DNA of 64,000 bases from Candidatus Eiseniibacteriota bacterium (GCA_963783375.1 CAWANH010000028.1:1344001-1408000), one strand, 5' to 3'; positions 46,639 through 61,878 are shown, counted from the stretch's first letter. The notes: generated by a model not told the origin, from the letters alone. Made by a program: numbers and translations.

Positions 46639-47718
46639 TCAAAACAGGGTGAGCTGGGGGCCGGGAGGGCGCCGAAAGGCTTCGGTGGAGAGCTCCACCC
46701 GGGCCGAGTCCAGGCCGGCTCGCTTCCGGGCCAGGTCGAACAGGGTCCGGATTTCCCGGGCGTAGACCCCTTCCCCCTCCATGCGCGCCCCGAATCGGGG
46801 GTCGTTGAGCTTCCCGCCCCGCAGGGCCCGGATCCGGTTCAGCACCTTGTCCCGGCGGGCGGGAAAATGGGTCTCGAGCCAGCGCTCGAAGAGCGGCGCC
46901 ACCGCGTGGGGAAGCCGGAGCACGGTGTAGGAGACCCCGCTCGCGCCGGCCTCGGCGGCGGCGGACACCAGGGCGGGGATCTCCGGCTCGGTCAGCCCCG
47001 GGATCACCGGCGCCACCATCACCCCGACCGGGATCCCCGCCTCCGCGAGCGCGCGCACCGCGTCCAGCCGGCGACGGGGGCTCGAGGTCCGGGGCTCCAT
47101 CACGCTCCGCAACGCGTCGTCGAGGGTGGTGATGGACACCGACACCGAGACCGCCCGGTGGCGGGCCAGCTCGGCCAGAAGATCCACGTCCCGGGTCACC
47201 AGGTGGTTCTTGGTGATGACCGCGACGGGATTCCGGAATTCCGCCAGGACCTCCAGGCAGCGCCGGGTGAGCCCGAGTCGTTTTTCCACCGGCTGGTAGG
47301 GATCGGTGACCCCGCTCAAGGCCAGCGTCCTGGGTTCCCATCGGGGCGAGGCGAGCGCCTTCCGCAGGAGTTCCGGCGCGTCCTCCTTCACCATGATCCG
47401 GGTCTCGAAGTCGAGCCCGGCGGAGAGGCCGAAGTACTCGTGGGTGGGCCGGGCGTAGCAGTAGATGCAGCCGTGCTCGCACCCGCGGTAGGGATTGAGG
47501 CTGGCGTCGAATCCCACGTCGGGGCTCGTGTTGGTGGCGATCACCGACCGGCCGCGGTCACGGTAGAAGCGGGTGGGCACCCCCGCGCTCATCTCGTGCT
47601 CGGTCTCGGGGTCCGGGACGACCCCGATCTCCTCGAACCGATTGGGCGGGTTGGCCCCCGCCCCCCGGCCGCGGACGCGGGGGGGCGGCCCCGCGGATTC
47701 CTGGAGTTCTTCGTGCAT
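46639..47718 (-). CDS. PA0069/Rv2578c-family radical SAM protein (SplB-like)
   Basis: NPYRGCEHGCIYCYARP, TDPYQP, MEPRT, PVIPGL, QLTLF C-terminus. Confidence 0.92.
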   Translation of the reverse strand: MHEELQESAGPPPRVRGRGAGANPPNRFEEIGVVPDPETEHEMSAGVPTRFYRDRGRSVIATNTSPDVGFDASLNPYRGCEHGCIYCYARPTHEYFGLSAGLDFETRIMVKEDAPELLRKALASPRWEPRTLALSGVTDPYQPVEKRLGLTRRCLEVLAEFRNPVAVITKNHLVTRDVDLLAELARHRAVSVSVSITTLDDALRSVMEPRTSSPRRRLDAVRALAEAGIPVGVMVAPVIPGLTEPEIPALVSAAAEAGASGVSYTVLRLPHAVAPLFERWLETHFPARRDKVLNRIRALRGGKLNDPRFGARMEGEGVYAREIRTLFDLARKRAGLDSARVELSTEAFRRPPGPQLTLF

Positions 47719-48076
47719 GGTTCTCTTTCCGGGGGAAAGCCGGCGAGTCGGCGCGCTCCGGGTCAGGGTAGCAGGGACCTCCGAAAAAGCCAAGCATGCG
47801 TTTAGTATTCCGCCGCCTCCCGCACCGCCCGCCGAGGCCTCGGCGGGGCGGACACCGCCGTTTGGGGTCGGGAAGGAATCGGAGCAACTTCTCCCGCGCT
47901 TCCCGCGTCTAGAACGAAGTCGAAGGAGAAGGTGCGCCGGCCGGCGGCGCCGGCGGAGGAGCCGGCGACGGCCGCCCGAAGGGCCGACGATCGCCGCCGG
48001 GCCGGGACGCGTTACCATCCCGACTTCCCGTCTACCCGGCCCAAGCCGCGTCGCCAACCGGAGAGAAGAGGTCGTC

Positions 48077-48991
48077 ATGCTCGAGATCCGCGATCTGGTC
48101 AAGGTCTACCCCGGCCCCGTGGTCGCCCTCCAGGACGTGAGGCTGGACATCCCCACCGGCATGTTCGGGCTCCTGGGCCCGAACGGCGCGGGAAAGACCA
48201 CCCTGATGCGCATCCTGGCCGGGCTCCTCGAACCCACCTCGGGATCGGTCACCCTGGACGGCGATCCGATCCTGGAGAACCCGAAGCGGCTCTGGGAGCG
48301 TCTCGGCTACCTCCCCCAGGACTTCGGGTTCTATCCGCACCTGACCGGGGACGCCATGCTCGCCTATCTCCTGAACCTGAAGGGGGTGCGGGGGAACGGC
48401 AGCTCCAAGGCGCTCCGCGCCGAGCTCCTGGAGCGGGTGAACCTGACCTTCGCCGCCAAGCGCAAGGTGAAGTCCTACTCGGGGGGGATGCGCCAGCGCC
48501 TGGGGATCGCCCAGGCGGTGGCCGGCGACCCGCGGCTGATCATCGTGGACGAGCCGACCGCCGGGCTCGATCCCGAGGAGCGCATCCGCTTCTACCGCAT
48601 CCTGGCCGAGCTGGCCGAGAACCGCACGGTGATCCTCTCCACCCACATCGTGGAGGACGTGGCCGTCCTCTGCCCCCGCTTCGCGGTCATTCGCGAGGGG
48701 CGGGTGATCGCGCGCACCACCCCCACCGCGGCCCGCGAGGCCATCGAGGGGGCGGTGTTCGAGGGCCGGGTCGCCGGCGGCGACCTGGAGGAACTCGGCC
48801 GGAAGCACGTGGTGACCCAGGCCATCCTGGTGGAGGGGAAGAACCGGGTGCGGATCTACTCTCCCGACGCACCCCCGCCCGCGGGCTTCGATCCGGTCCC
48901 CGCCACCCTCGAGGACGCCTACCTGGTCCTCATGCGGACGGGTAACGCGGGCCTGGCCGAGACCCTGGCCGCGGCGGGAGCGGAATCATGA
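48077..48991 (+). CDS. ABC transporter ATP-binding protein
   Basis: GPNGAGKT, YSGGM, IVDEPT, STH. Confidence 0.95.
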   Translation: MLEIRDLVKVYPGPVVALQDVRLDIPTGMFGLLGPNGAGKTTLMRILAGLLEPTSGSVTLDGDPILENPKRLWERLGYLPQDFGFYPHLTGDAMLAYLLNLKGVRGNGSSKALRAELLERVNLTFAAKRKVKSYSGGMRQRLGIAQAVAGDPRLIIVDEPTAGLDPEERIRFYRILAELAENRTVILSTHIVEDVAVLCPRFAVIREGRVIARTTPTAAREAIEGAVFEGRVAGGDLEELGRKHVVTQAILVEGKNRVRIYSPDAPPPAGFDPVPATLEDAYLVLMRTGNAGLAETLAAAGAES

Positions 48992-51900
48992 ACCTCCGCC
49001 GGATCCGCCAGGAATTCGGGATGGAGTTCGCCCATGACCTGAAGCGCCCCCTGTTCTGGGTGCTGATCGTCATCCTGGGGCTCACCGCCTGGGGCCTCTC
49101 CTCGGGGCAGATGCGCATCTCCTCCGGGGATTCCACCGTGGGGGGCACCAAGGCCTGGATCACCTCGATGTACGCGGTGAGCCAGATGATCTCCATGGTG
49201 GTGATGATGTTCTACGCCTTCTTCGTGGCGGTGGCCGCGGGGATGACGGTGATTCGCGACGATGAGCTCAAGGTGGGCGAACTCCTCCATGCGACCCCCC
49301 TCACCCCCGGCGAGTACGTCTGGGGGCGCTTCGCCGGGGTGACGGCCACGTTCCTGGTCGCCCTGGCTCTCCAGATGCTCCTGATGATCTTCTTCGCCTA
49401 CGTCTTTCCCCACCCCGGCAAGGAGGAGATGTTCGGCCCCTTCACGGCGGTCCACTACGCGGTCCCCGCCCTGGTGTTCGCGCTCCCCACCATCCTCTTC
49501 TTCGCCGGGGTCGCCTTCGCCCTCGGAATCTTCACCCGGAAACCCATCCTGGTCTTCATGTTCCCCCTGGCCGCGCTTCTCATCGTGGCCTTCTTCATGT
49601 GGGATTGGTCTCCGACCTGGCTTGCCCTCCGGTGGAACCGGCTCCTCATGGTGCTGGATCCGTCCGGGTTCCGCTGGTTGAACGAGACCTGGCTCAAGGT
49701 CGACCGCGGGGTGGACTTCTACAACACCGCCCCCGTCCGCTACGACGTCTACTTCCTGGTGAACCGGCTGCTCTGTCTGGTTCTGGGGTTCGCGGCGGTG
49801 GCGCTGGCCGGGTGGCGCTTTGCCCGTACCCTCCGAGGCTCCGCCGCGCCCCGGGGCCGGCGTTTCGGCCTCGGGCGGGCGCACACCGGCCCGTGGGGCG
49901 TCTCCGAGACCGGGGGCGCGGCCGAACCCGCGACCCTCCCCACGGTCCGCCGTCCCCTGAGCGAGCTGGGGATGCGGGGCTCCGCTCCGGGTTTTCTCCG
50001 GGGAACCTGGGAAGTGCTGCGGGTGGAACTTCGCGAGCTTCGGAGCCAGCCCGGGCTCTACCTCTTCGTGCCGATCATCCTCCTCCAGGTGATCGGGACG
50101 GCCCTGGTGGCCAACGGGGCGTTCTCGACCCCGCTCCTCCACACCCCCGGCACCCTGGCGGTGCGGAGCATGAACACCCTGACCCTGTTGATCGTGCTCC
50201 TGGTGCTCTTCTACACCGTGGAGTCCCTGGAACGGGAGCGGAACACCGGCTTCGGATCGATCTTCCACGCCGCCCCGCTTCGCACCGGTTCGATCCTCCT
50301 GGGGAAGACCCTGGCCAACAGCGTGGTGGGGCTGGTGGTGGTGCTGGCCACCTTCGTGGCCTGCGCGATCGTGCTGATCATCCAGGGGCGGATCGCCTTC
50401 GATCTCCGCCCGTTCCTTCTCGTCTGGGGGGCGCTCCTCATCCCCACCGTGGTGGCCTGGACCGCCTTCACCGCCGCGCTCTGGGCGATCACCCGGAACC
50501 GGTTCACCACCTACGCCCTGGGTCTGGGCGTGCTGATCCTGACCGGCTACCTCCAGACCATCGGGAAGATGAACTGGGCGGGGAACTGGGACATCTGGTC
50601 GGCGCTCCGCTGGAGCGACATGGGGACCTTCGAGCTGGACCGGACCGCCATCCTCCTCAACCGGATCGAGGTCCTGGCCCTGGCCGCGTTCTTCCTGGGG
50701 CTCACGGTGAAGCTCTTCCCGCGCCGGGACCTCGACCCGATACGGACCCTGGGGCGGCTCCGGCCCGGCGCGCTCCTCCGGGGATCCCTTCCGCTCCTGC
50801 CGGCCCTGGCGGTGGCGGGGATCGCCGCCGGCATGCTGATCCACGACGTGAACGCGGGATTCCAGGGGGGCGCGGCCAAGAAGCTGGCCAAGGACTACTG
50901 GCGGAAGAACATCGCCACCTACAAGGACTACCCGCTCCCCTCGTTCACCCACGTGGACCTCAAGGTGGACCTCACGCCCCGGAGTCGCGGCCTGGCGGTC
51001 GAGGGCGCCTACCACTTCGTGAACCGGGACCGGAAGACCCTGGATCGGGTGCCGCTCACCGGCGGGCTCCACTGGAAGGATCTGGAGTGGACGATGAACG
51101 GGGAGAAGGCGACTCCCGAGGACCGCTCCCACCTCTACGTGTTCACCCCGCCCGCGCCCCTGGCCCCCGGGGACTCGCTCATCATCGGGTTCCGGTTCCA
51201 CGGCCGCTATCCGGACGGCATCACCAAGAACGGCGGCGGGAACGATGAGTTCATCCTTCCGTCGGGGGTGGTGCTCACCAGCTTCCGGCCCACCATGGCG
51301 CCGCTCCTGGGCTTCCAGGAGGGGGTCGGGGTGGACAAGGACAACTCCTACGACTCCAAGGAATATCCGGACGATTTCTACGTGGGACGAACCAAGAGCG
51401 CCTTCGGAGTCGACCGGCCCTTCACCACCCACATCGAGGTCTCGGGGCCGGCCGGGTACACCCTGAACTCGGTGGGGACCCTGGTGAGCGACACCGCGGA
51501 CGGCGACCGGCACACCGCGGTGTGGGTGAGCGACCGCCCGGTGACGTTCTTCAACGTGGTGGCCGGACGATGGGACGTCCGCGACGGCGAGGGGACCCGG
51601 ATCTTCTACCACCCCGCCCACCGCGTGAACGTCGAGGAGATGGGTGAGGCTCTGGACGCGGCCCGGAAATACTACTCGGAGTGGTTCATGCCCTTCCCCT
51701 GGAAGGAGCTGAAGCTGAGCGAGTTTCCGGACATGGCCCGCTACGCCCAGGGATTTCCCACCGACATCACCTTTTCCGAGGGAATCGGGTTCCTGACCAA
51801 GAGCGATCCCAAGACCAATCTCGCCTCCATGGTCACCGCCCACGAGTCGGCCCACCAGTGGTGGGGAAACATCCTGAACCCGGGGGAGGGACCGGGGGGG

Positions 51901-52632
51901 AACATCCTCTCCGAGGGCATGGCGCACTACTCCACCGCCCTCCTCCTGGAGCAGATGAAGGGGGAACGGGGGCGGATGGAATTCCTGAAACGAATCGAGG
52001 AGATCTACGGGGACAACCGGCAGGCCGACTCCGAGCGCCCGCTGGTCAAGACCGACGGCAGCCGGGCCGGCGACAACGCCGTCGTCTACAACAAGGGCGG
52101 CTGGGTGTTCTGGATGCTGTTGAACCACCTCGGACGGGAGCGCGACCTGGCCGGGGTGCGCGACTTCATCACCACCTACGCGGACAACCCGGACCACCCG
52201 GTGCTCCAGGACTTCGTGGCGGTGATGCGGAAGCAGTCGGCCGACACCACGGCCTACGACGCCTTCGTCCACCAGTGGTTCTTCGAGAAGGTCGTTCCCG
52301 AGTACCGGATCTCCGGGGTCAAGCGCGCCGAACTGAACGCGGTGGCCGACGCCTCGGGGGCGGCGGGAGCGTCCTGGGAAGTCACCGCCACCGTGGAGAA
52401 CGCGGGAACGGGAACGATGCCGGTCGAGGTGGCGGCCACGACCGGGAAGCGGTTCGACAAGGAGGGAAAGCCCGGGACGGACTATCGCGACGCGCGGACC
52501 ACGGTGACTCTGGCCGCGGGGGAGAAGCAGGACGTGACCATCCGGTGCGGGTTCAAGCCCGAGAAGCTGGTGGTGGATCCGGACGTGATGGTGCTGCAGC
52601 TGGAGCGGAAGCACGCGGAAGCGGGGCTGTAG
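48988..52632 (+). CDS. ABC-2 permease / M1 aminopeptidase fusion
   Basis: Two multi-TM halves followed by HESAHQWW-x-E (SEGMAHY) and VYNKG; ATGA-coupled to the ATPase. Confidence 0.9.
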   Translation: MNLRRIRQEFGMEFAHDLKRPLFWVLIVILGLTAWGLSSGQMRISSGDSTVGGTKAWITSMYAVSQMISMVVMMFYAFFVAVAAGMTVIRDDELKVGELLHATPLTPGEYVWGRFAGVTATFLVALALQMLLMIFFAYVFPHPGKEEMFGPFTAVHYAVPALVFALPTILFFAGVAFALGIFTRKPILVFMFPLAALLIVAFFMWDWSPTWLALRWNRLLMVLDPSGFRWLNETWLKVDRGVDFYNTAPVRYDVYFLVNRLLCLVLGFAAVALAGWRFARTLRGSAAPRGRRFGLGRAHTGPWGVSETGGAAEPATLPTVRRPLSELGMRGSAPGFLRGTWEVLRVELRELRSQPGLYLFVPIILLQVIGTALVANGAFSTPLLHTPGTLAVRSMNTLTLLIVLLVLFYTVESLERERNTGFGSIFHAAPLRTGSILLGKTLANSVVGLVVVLATFVACAIVLIIQGRIAFDLRPFLLVWGALLIPTVVAWTAFTAALWAITRNRFTTYALGLGVLILTGYLQTIGKMNWAGNWDIWSALRWSDMGTFELDRTAILLNRIEVLALAAFFLGLTVKLFPRRDLDPIRTLGRLRPGALLRGSLPLLPALAVAGIAAGMLIHDVNAGFQGGAAKKLAKDYWRKNIATYKDYPLPSFTHVDLKVDLTPRSRGLAVEGAYHFVNRDRKTLDRVPLTGGLHWKDLEWTMNGEKATPEDRSHLYVFTPPAPLAPGDSLIIGFRFHGRYPDGITKNGGGNDEFILPSGVVLTSFRPTMAPLLGFQEGVGVDKDNSYDSKEYPDDFYVGRTKSAFGVDRPFTTHIEVSGPAGYTLNSVGTLVSDTADGDRHTAVWVSDRPVTFFNVVAGRWDVRDGEGTRIFYHPAHRVNVEEMGEALDAARKYYSEWFMPFPWKELKLSEFPDMARYAQGFPTDITFSEGIGFLTKSDPKTNLASMVTAHESAHQWWGNILNPGEGPGGNILSEGMAHYSTALLLEQMKGERGRMEFLKRIEEIYGDNRQADSERPLVKTDGSRAGDNAVVYNKGGWVFWMLLNHLGRERDLAGVRDFITTYADNPDHPVLQDFVAVMRKQSADTTAYDAFVHQWFFEKVVPEYRISGVKRAELNAVADASGAAGASWEVTATVENAGTGTMPVEVAATTGKRFDKEGKPGTDYRDARTTVTLAAGEKQDVTIRCGFKPEKLVVDPDVMVLQLERKHAEAGL

Positions 52633-52662
52633 CCCGGGAGCGGATCAGCGAAGCCGCACGAG

Positions 52663-52851
52663 CTTCAGCGCCCCCGCGTCGAGGCCTCGGAGGCGCGCGT
52701 AGAAGACCCCGGAGGGAAGCGCCCGGCCGCGGGGGTCGTGGCCGTCCCGGCTCACCCGCCGCGATCCGGCGGAAACCGGGAGCAGCGCCACCGGGATCGT
52801 GAGGGTTCAAGTCGGCGTCCATTCCAGGCACGGCGCGAGGGACGATCGAAG
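52663..52851. ncRNA. ssrS: Candidate 6S RNA (orientation unresolved)
   Basis: Intergenic rod of about 190 nt: 52669-52678 pairs with 52834-52844. The + strand carries a 6S-like 3' arm CACC-N10-GGGTTCAAG...GGCAC...GGGAC, while an extended -10 TGGTACAAT (52873-52865) points into it on the - strand. Confidence 0.55.
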
Positions 52852-52931
52852 GCGTGACTTGAGAATTGTACCAGGGAGTGGGATCTTGTGTCCCGATCCG
52901 TTCCCGGCCGCGCACAGAGGAAGGACACGCC

Positions 52932-54275
52932 GTGAGACGCTGGACCGCATGGACCCTCGTTCTAGCCGGTGGGTTGCTCCTGGGAACCGCGGCGCCGGCT
53001 CGCGCCCAGGAGCGCGCCGATTCGGTGTCCGTCCCCGGCCCGGGCGGCACCCCCGGGCTCACCTGGCCGCTCGCCGCCCCCGCCTCCCCCGCCGCCGCCC
53101 GGCTGGTGCTGGAGGCCCGGAACCCCACCCTCCTCGCCCATTTCTACCGCGACGGCCTGCGCCTTCGCGTTCTCGCCGAAGACCGGGTCTCCGGGCGGAC
53201 GGTCCTCGCTGCCGGCGGAACCCAGCTCGTGATCATCCGGGGCGCCGGTGATCGCGATCCCGGCGTCACGCGTCTTCTTCTTCCCTCCGCCGACCTCGAG
53301 GCCTCGGCGCGTCTTCTCGCCGGACTGGAGCGCCCCTACCGGGAGATCCGCACCGTCGAAGGGGAACTGGTCGCGCTCCACTTCCGGGATCCCGAGGGAA
53401 ACCCCGCGGGCTACGTGCTGGGATCGCTTCCCGCCCGCGCCTGGCTGGCGCCGTTCGAGGCGCCAAGCGGCGGCCGGGGGCACGACCGGAGCGGGCGGGT
53501 CGGTCTCATGGTCTACGGCGGGATCTACGGCACCTGGCTCGGGGTGGCGGTCCCGGTCGGGCTCGGTTCGGAAGACGCGTCGGTGATCGGCCTGTCCATC
53601 ATCGCCGGAGGTCCCCTGGGCGTCCTGGCCGCCGACCGCTTCGCCCGGGGCCGTGATCTGAGCAAGGGACGCACCGGAACCATGACCCTGGCCGGGAACT
53701 TCGCAACCTGGCAGGGGATCGGTTGGTCGACGGTGGCCGACGCCGATGCCAGGGACGCGGTGCTGGTGGGCGCGACGACCGGGCTCGGGAGTCTCCTGGC
53801 CGCGGGGCTTCTCACCGAGCGCGTTTCGGTTTCCGAGGGCCAGAGCATCGTCATGCACGGGTCGGCCTCCTGGGGAGCGTGGTACGGGCTGGTGGGGGCG
53901 GAGCTGGGGGATCCCTCCGGAGACGGCGTCGTCACCACCATGCTCCTGGCCAGCTCGGCCGGATTGGCCGCGGGAACCCTGTGGGGACTCGGGCACGACA
54001 TGAGCCCGACCCGGGCCAGCCTCATCAACCTGGGGGGGATCCTCGGCACCGCCCTCGGCTTCGGACTCGATCTCGTGTTCCGGATCGACAACGCCCCCGC
54101 CGTCTTCACCGTGGCCGGGCTGGGAACGGCGGCCGGGTTCACCGGAGCCACCCTGATGACCCGGGATCGCCCGGATGACGATCGAAGCGAGGGCTTCCGC
54201 CTCACCACCCCCGCGCGGTTCGCCCTGGGTCCCGACGGCGCCCCCCGGGTGGAGCTCCTGAGCGCGTCGTTCTGA
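52932..54275 (+). CDS. Hypothetical exported protein: VOC/glyoxalase-like domain fused to a Gly-rich membrane domain
   Basis: Signal peptide; FYRDGL...FRDPEGN; several Gly-rich hydrophobic helices; terminal Phe. Confidence 0.65.
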   Translation: MRRWTAWTLVLAGGLLLGTAAPARAQERADSVSVPGPGGTPGLTWPLAAPASPAAARLVLEARNPTLLAHFYRDGLRLRVLAEDRVSGRTVLAAGGTQLVIIRGAGDRDPGVTRLLLPSADLEASARLLAGLERPYREIRTVEGELVALHFRDPEGNPAGYVLGSLPARAWLAPFEAPSGGRGHDRSGRVGLMVYGGIYGTWLGVAVPVGLGSEDASVIGLSIIAGGPLGVLAADRFARGRDLSKGRTGTMTLAGNFATWQGIGWSTVADADARDAVLVGATTGLGSLLAAGLLTERVSVSEGQSIVMHGSASWGAWYGLVGAELGDPSGDGVVTTMLLASSAGLAAGTLWGLGHDMSPTRASLINLGGILGTALGFGLDLVFRIDNAPAVFTVAGLGTAAGFTGATLMTRDRPDDDRSEGFRLTTPARFALGPDGAPRVELLSASF

Positions 54276-54280
54276 TCGCT

Positions 54281-54310
54281 TTGACGGAGCATCCATCCGC
54301 CTGCTAAGTT
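54281..54310 (+). promoter_or_regulatory. Sigma70 promoter of the glgE operon
   Basis: TTGACG-N18-TAAGTT with a TG extension. Confidence 0.6.
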
Positions 54311-54505
54311 CAAGTTCACATTGGTCATTGCCTCGAATGTCTTGATCGCCGCTCCAAAGGCGGCCGCGCGCGCCTCCCGGCGCGAATCGAGGGCCACTTG
54401 CCGGCCCCTGCGAGCCCGGGTCCCTTCCGACCCCTCGCTCTCGAGGCGGACTGGAGGCCCGGCCGGAACCCGTTTTCGGCCCGGGGGCCTCCGGGAGCGT
54501 TGTTG

Positions 54506-56494
<1,989 letters not shown>

Positions 56495-56522
56495 TCGGGC
56501 GGCCGGGAAGGAGATGCTAGGC

Positions 56523-59500
56523 ATGGCGAAAAAGGATTCAGTCCCGGTGCCGGACGATCCCCAGTGGTACAAGGACGCGATCATCTACGAGGTCCACGTC
56601 CGGGCGTTCTGCGATGCCGACGGGGACGGAGTGGGCGACTTCCAGGGCCTGACCGAGAAGCTCGATTACCTACAGGATCTCGGGGTGACCGCGATCTGGA
56701 TCCTCCCGTTCTACCCCTCGCCCCTCAAGGACGACGGCTACGACATCGCCGACTACACCGCGGTCAACCCGACCTACGGCACGCTCCGGGACTTCAATAC
56801 CTTCCTCCGGGAGGCCCATAAGCGGGGACTCCGGGTGATCACCGAGTTGGTCCTGAACCACAGCTCGGACCAGCATCCCTGGTTCCAGCGGGCCCGGCGG
56901 GCCAAGCCGGGGAGCCGGCTCCGCGACTACTACGTGTGGAGCGACACCCCGGAGAAGTACAAGGAAGCCCGGGTCATATTCAAGGACTTCGAGGCCTCGA
57001 ACTGGACCTGGGACTCCAAGGCCGGCGCCTACTACTGGCACCGTTTCTACTCGCACCAGCCGGACCTCAACTTCGACAACGCCGAGGTGCGCCGGACGCT
57101 GCTCCGGATCCTCGACTTCTGGCTCTCGCGGGGGGTGGACGGGCTCCGACTCGACGCCATCCCCTACCTCTACGAACGGGAAGGGACGAACTGCGAGAAC
57201 GTGTCCGAGACCCACGGCTTTCTCCGGGACCTCCGGAAGCACGTGGACCGGAACCACGGGGACCGGATGCTCCTGGCCGAGGCCAACCAGTGGCCGGAGG
57301 ACGCCATCGCCTACTTCGGGGAGGGGGACGAGTGCCACATGGCCTTCCACTTCCCGGTCATGCCGCGGCTCTTCATGGCGATCCGCATGGAGAACCGGTT
57401 CCCGATCATCGACATCCTCCAGCAGACCCCGACCATTCCCGAGAACTGCCAGTGGGCGATCTTCCTCCGGAACCACGACGAGCTGACCCTGGAGATGGTG
57501 ACCGACGAAGAGCGCGACTACATGTACCGGATGTTCGCCCACGACTCGAAGATGCGGATCAACCTGGGCATACGGCGCCGGCTGGCCCCGCTCCTGGGCA
57601 ACGACCGCAAGCGGATCGAGCTCATGAACAGCCTGCTTTTCTCGCTCCCCGGGACCCCGGTGCTCTACTACGGGGACGAGATCGGGATGGGCGACAACTT
57701 CTACCTCGGCGACCGGAACGGGGTCCGCACCCCCATGCAGTGGAGCGCGGACCGGAACGCCGGATTCTCCCGGGCCCTTCCCCATCAGCTCTACCTTCCC
57801 ATCATCATCGATCCCGAATACCACTACGAAGCGATCAACGTGGAGACCCAGCAGCAGAACCCGCACTCCCTCCTGTGGTGGATGAAGCGGCTCATCGGGC
57901 TTCGCCGGCGTTTCCAGGCCTTCAGCCGGGGGGAGATCGAGTTCCTCCAGCCCGAGAACTACAAGGTGCTGGTCTTCACCCGCACCTTCGAGGACGAGAA
58001 GATCCTGGTGGTGGCCAACCTCTCGCGGTTCGCCCAGGCGGTCGAGCTGGAGTTGGAGGAGTACAAGGGGCTGGTGCCGGTGGAGCTTTTCGGGGGCACC
58101 CGTTTCCCTCCCATCGGGGACCTGCCCTATTTCCTCACCCTGGGGGCCCACTCGTTCTACTGGTTCTCCCTGGAAAGCCAGCCGGGGGAGGAGATCGTCC
58201 GGGAGAAGCATCCGGACGAACGGCGGCTGTTGACGGTTTCGCGATCGTGGACCGAGGCGCTCCGGGGCCGGGGTCGGAGCGCCCTGGAGAACCTGCTCCC
58301 CGAATACCTCTCCGCCCGGCGCTGGTTCGGGGGGAAAGCGCGCCGCATCCGCGGGGTGGAGATCCTGGACACGGTTCCGGTGTCCACGGTAGGGGAGGCA
58401 GCCAAGACGTTCATCACCGTGCTGGAGGTGGAATACGCCGAGGGCGAGCCGGAGAGCTACGTGCTCCCTCTCACCTACGCGACGGGGAAGACCGCGGTCC
58501 ACGTCAAGCGGACCGCTCCCGAGGCGGTGGTGGCGCGGCTCCAGGTGAAGGGGGAGCCGGAGGTCGGGATCCTCTACGACGCGCTCCACGACCCGAAGCT
58601 GGCCGCGTCGCTCCTCGAAGCGGTGGGCAAACGCCGCCGTTCCAAGGGAATCCGGGGAGAGATCCAGAGCTGGCCCACCGCCGCCTATCGCACCCTTCGC
58701 CGGGAGGCGAAGAAGGACCTCGAGCCCCACGTGATGCGGGGAGAGCAGTCCAACACCTCGATCGTCTACGGCGAGCAGTTCGTGTTCAAGCTCTTCCGGC
58801 GCCTGGGCGAGGGTCAGAACCCCGATCTGGAGGTGGGCCGGTTCCTCACCGAAAAGACCCGGTTCGAACACATCGCGCGGGTGGCCGGGGCCCTGGAATA
58901 CCGGCGGCCCAAGCAGGATGCGCTCACCCTGGGCATTCTCCAGGCCTACGTCCCCAACCAGGGCGACGCCTGGAACTACACCCTCGATTCCCTGGGGCGG
59001 TTCTTCGACCGGGTGAAGACCTGGCGGCCGGACGGGGACGCCGACGAGATGCCCCTGCCCGCGGATTCCCTGGAAGAGGCGGCGCGGGAGGAGGTGCCGA
59101 AGGAGGCCCACGAATTCCTGGGGACCTACGAGGAGAGCGCGGCGCTCCTGGGGCGGCGGACCGGGGAGCTCCACCTGGCTCTGGCCTCGGAAACCGAGGA
59201 TCCGGCCTTCGCCCCCGAGCCCTTCTCCGCCCTCTACCAGCGTTCGCTCTACCAGTCCATGCGAAACGCGGCGCGGAAGACCTTCCAGCTCATGCGGGGA
59301 CGCCGGGCCTCGCTCCCGGAGGAGCTGGAGGACCGGGCGCGGAAGATCGCCGATCGAGAAGAGGACGTGCTCAAGCGCTTCCGGGCGGTGGTGGACCGCA
59401 AGCTCAGCCCCACCCGGCTCCGGGTCCACGGGGACTACCACCTGGGTCAGGTGCTCTTCACCGGGAAGGATTTCGTGATCATCGACTTCGAGGGGGAGCC

Positions 59501-59885
59501 GGCGCGATCCCTGACCGAGCGGCGGCTGAAGCGGTCACCCCTCGTGGACGTGGCGGGGATGCTCCGCTCCTTCCATTACGCGGCCTACGCGGGACTCCGG
59601 AGCGGATTGGAGTCGGGCCTCGTCCCCCGGGACCAGGAAACCCGGTTCGAGGCCTGGGCGGACTTCTGGTACCAGTGGGTGAGCGCGGTGTTCCTCCGGG
59701 GGTACCTCGACGCGGCGGGCGACGCCGCCTTTCTCCCCCCCGACCCGGAGGACCGGGACCTCCTTCTGGAGGCCTTTCTCCTGGAAAAGGCGGTCTACGA
59801 GCTCGGATATGAGCTTAACAATCGACCCGAATGGGTCAGGATCCCGCTCCAGGCGGTCAGCCGCCTCCTGAGGATCAGGATCTGA
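56523..59885 (+). CDS. treS: Trehalose synthase-maltokinase fusion (TreS-Pep2/Mak)
   Basis: [28 protein letters not shown]; C-terminal [21 protein letters not shown]. Confidence 0.96.
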   Translation: MAKKDSVPVPDDPQWYKDAIIYEVHVRAFCDADGDGVGDFQGLTEKLDYLQDLGVTAIWILPFYPSPLKDDGYDIADYTAVNPTYGTLRDFNTFLREAHKRGLRVITELVLNHSSDQHPWFQRARRAKPGSRLRDYYVWSDTPEKYKEARVIFKDFEASNWTWDSKAGAYYWHRFYSHQPDLNFDNAEVRRTLLRILDFWLSRGVDGLRLDAIPYLYEREGTNCENVSETHGFLRDLRKHVDRNHGDRMLLAEANQWPEDAIAYFGEGDECHMAFHFPVMPRLFMAIRMENRFPIIDILQQTPTIPENCQWAIFLRNHDELTLEMVTDEERDYMYRMFAHDSKMRINLGIRRRLAPLLGNDRKRIELMNSLLFSLPGTPVLYYGDEIGMGDNFYLGDRNGVRTPMQWSADRNAGFSRALPHQLYLPIIIDPEYHYEAINVETQQQNPHSLLWWMKRLIGLRRRFQAFSRGEIEFLQPENYKVLVFTRTFEDEKILVVANLSRFAQAVELELEEYKGLVPVELFGGTRFPPIGDLPYFLTLGAHSFYWFSLESQPGEEIVREKHPDERRLLTVSRSWTEALRGRGRSALENLLPEYLSARRWFGGKARRIRGVEILDTVPVSTVGEAAKTFITVLEVEYAEGEPESYVLPLTYATGKTAVHVKRTAPEAVVARLQVKGEPEVGILYDALHDPKLAASLLEAVGKRRRSKGIRGEIQSWPTAAYRTLRREAKKDLEPHVMRGEQSNTSIVYGEQFVFKLFRRLGEGQNPDLEVGRFLTEKTRFEHIARVAGALEYRRPKQDALTLGILQAYVPNQGDAWNYTLDSLGRFFDRVKTWRPDGDADEMPLPADSLEEAAREEVPKEAHEFLGTYEESAALLGRRTGELHLALASETEDPAFAPEPFSALYQRSLYQSMRNAARKTFQLMRGRRASLPEELEDRARKIADREEDVLKRFRAVVDRKLSPTRLRVHGDYHLGQVLFTGKDFVIIDFEGEPARSLTERRLKRSPLVDVAGMLRSFHYAAYAGLRSGLESGLVPRDQETRFEAWADFWYQWVSAVFLRGYLDAAGDAAFLPPDPEDRDLLLEAFLLEKAVYELGYELNNRPEWVRIPLQAVSRLLRIRI

Positions 59886-59914
59886 CGATCAAGACGCAGG
59901 CAAAGGATGGAATC

Positions 59915-61878
<1,964 letters not shown>

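Noticed and set aside
47719-48076. LexA box upstream of the radical SAM gene
   Set aside because: No palindrome matching a LexA consensus that I can support.
52760-52790. SRP RNA (GGGAGCAGC motif)
   Set aside because: The paired CAGG and GNRA loop of SRP helix 8 are missing; a 6S-like rod fits better.
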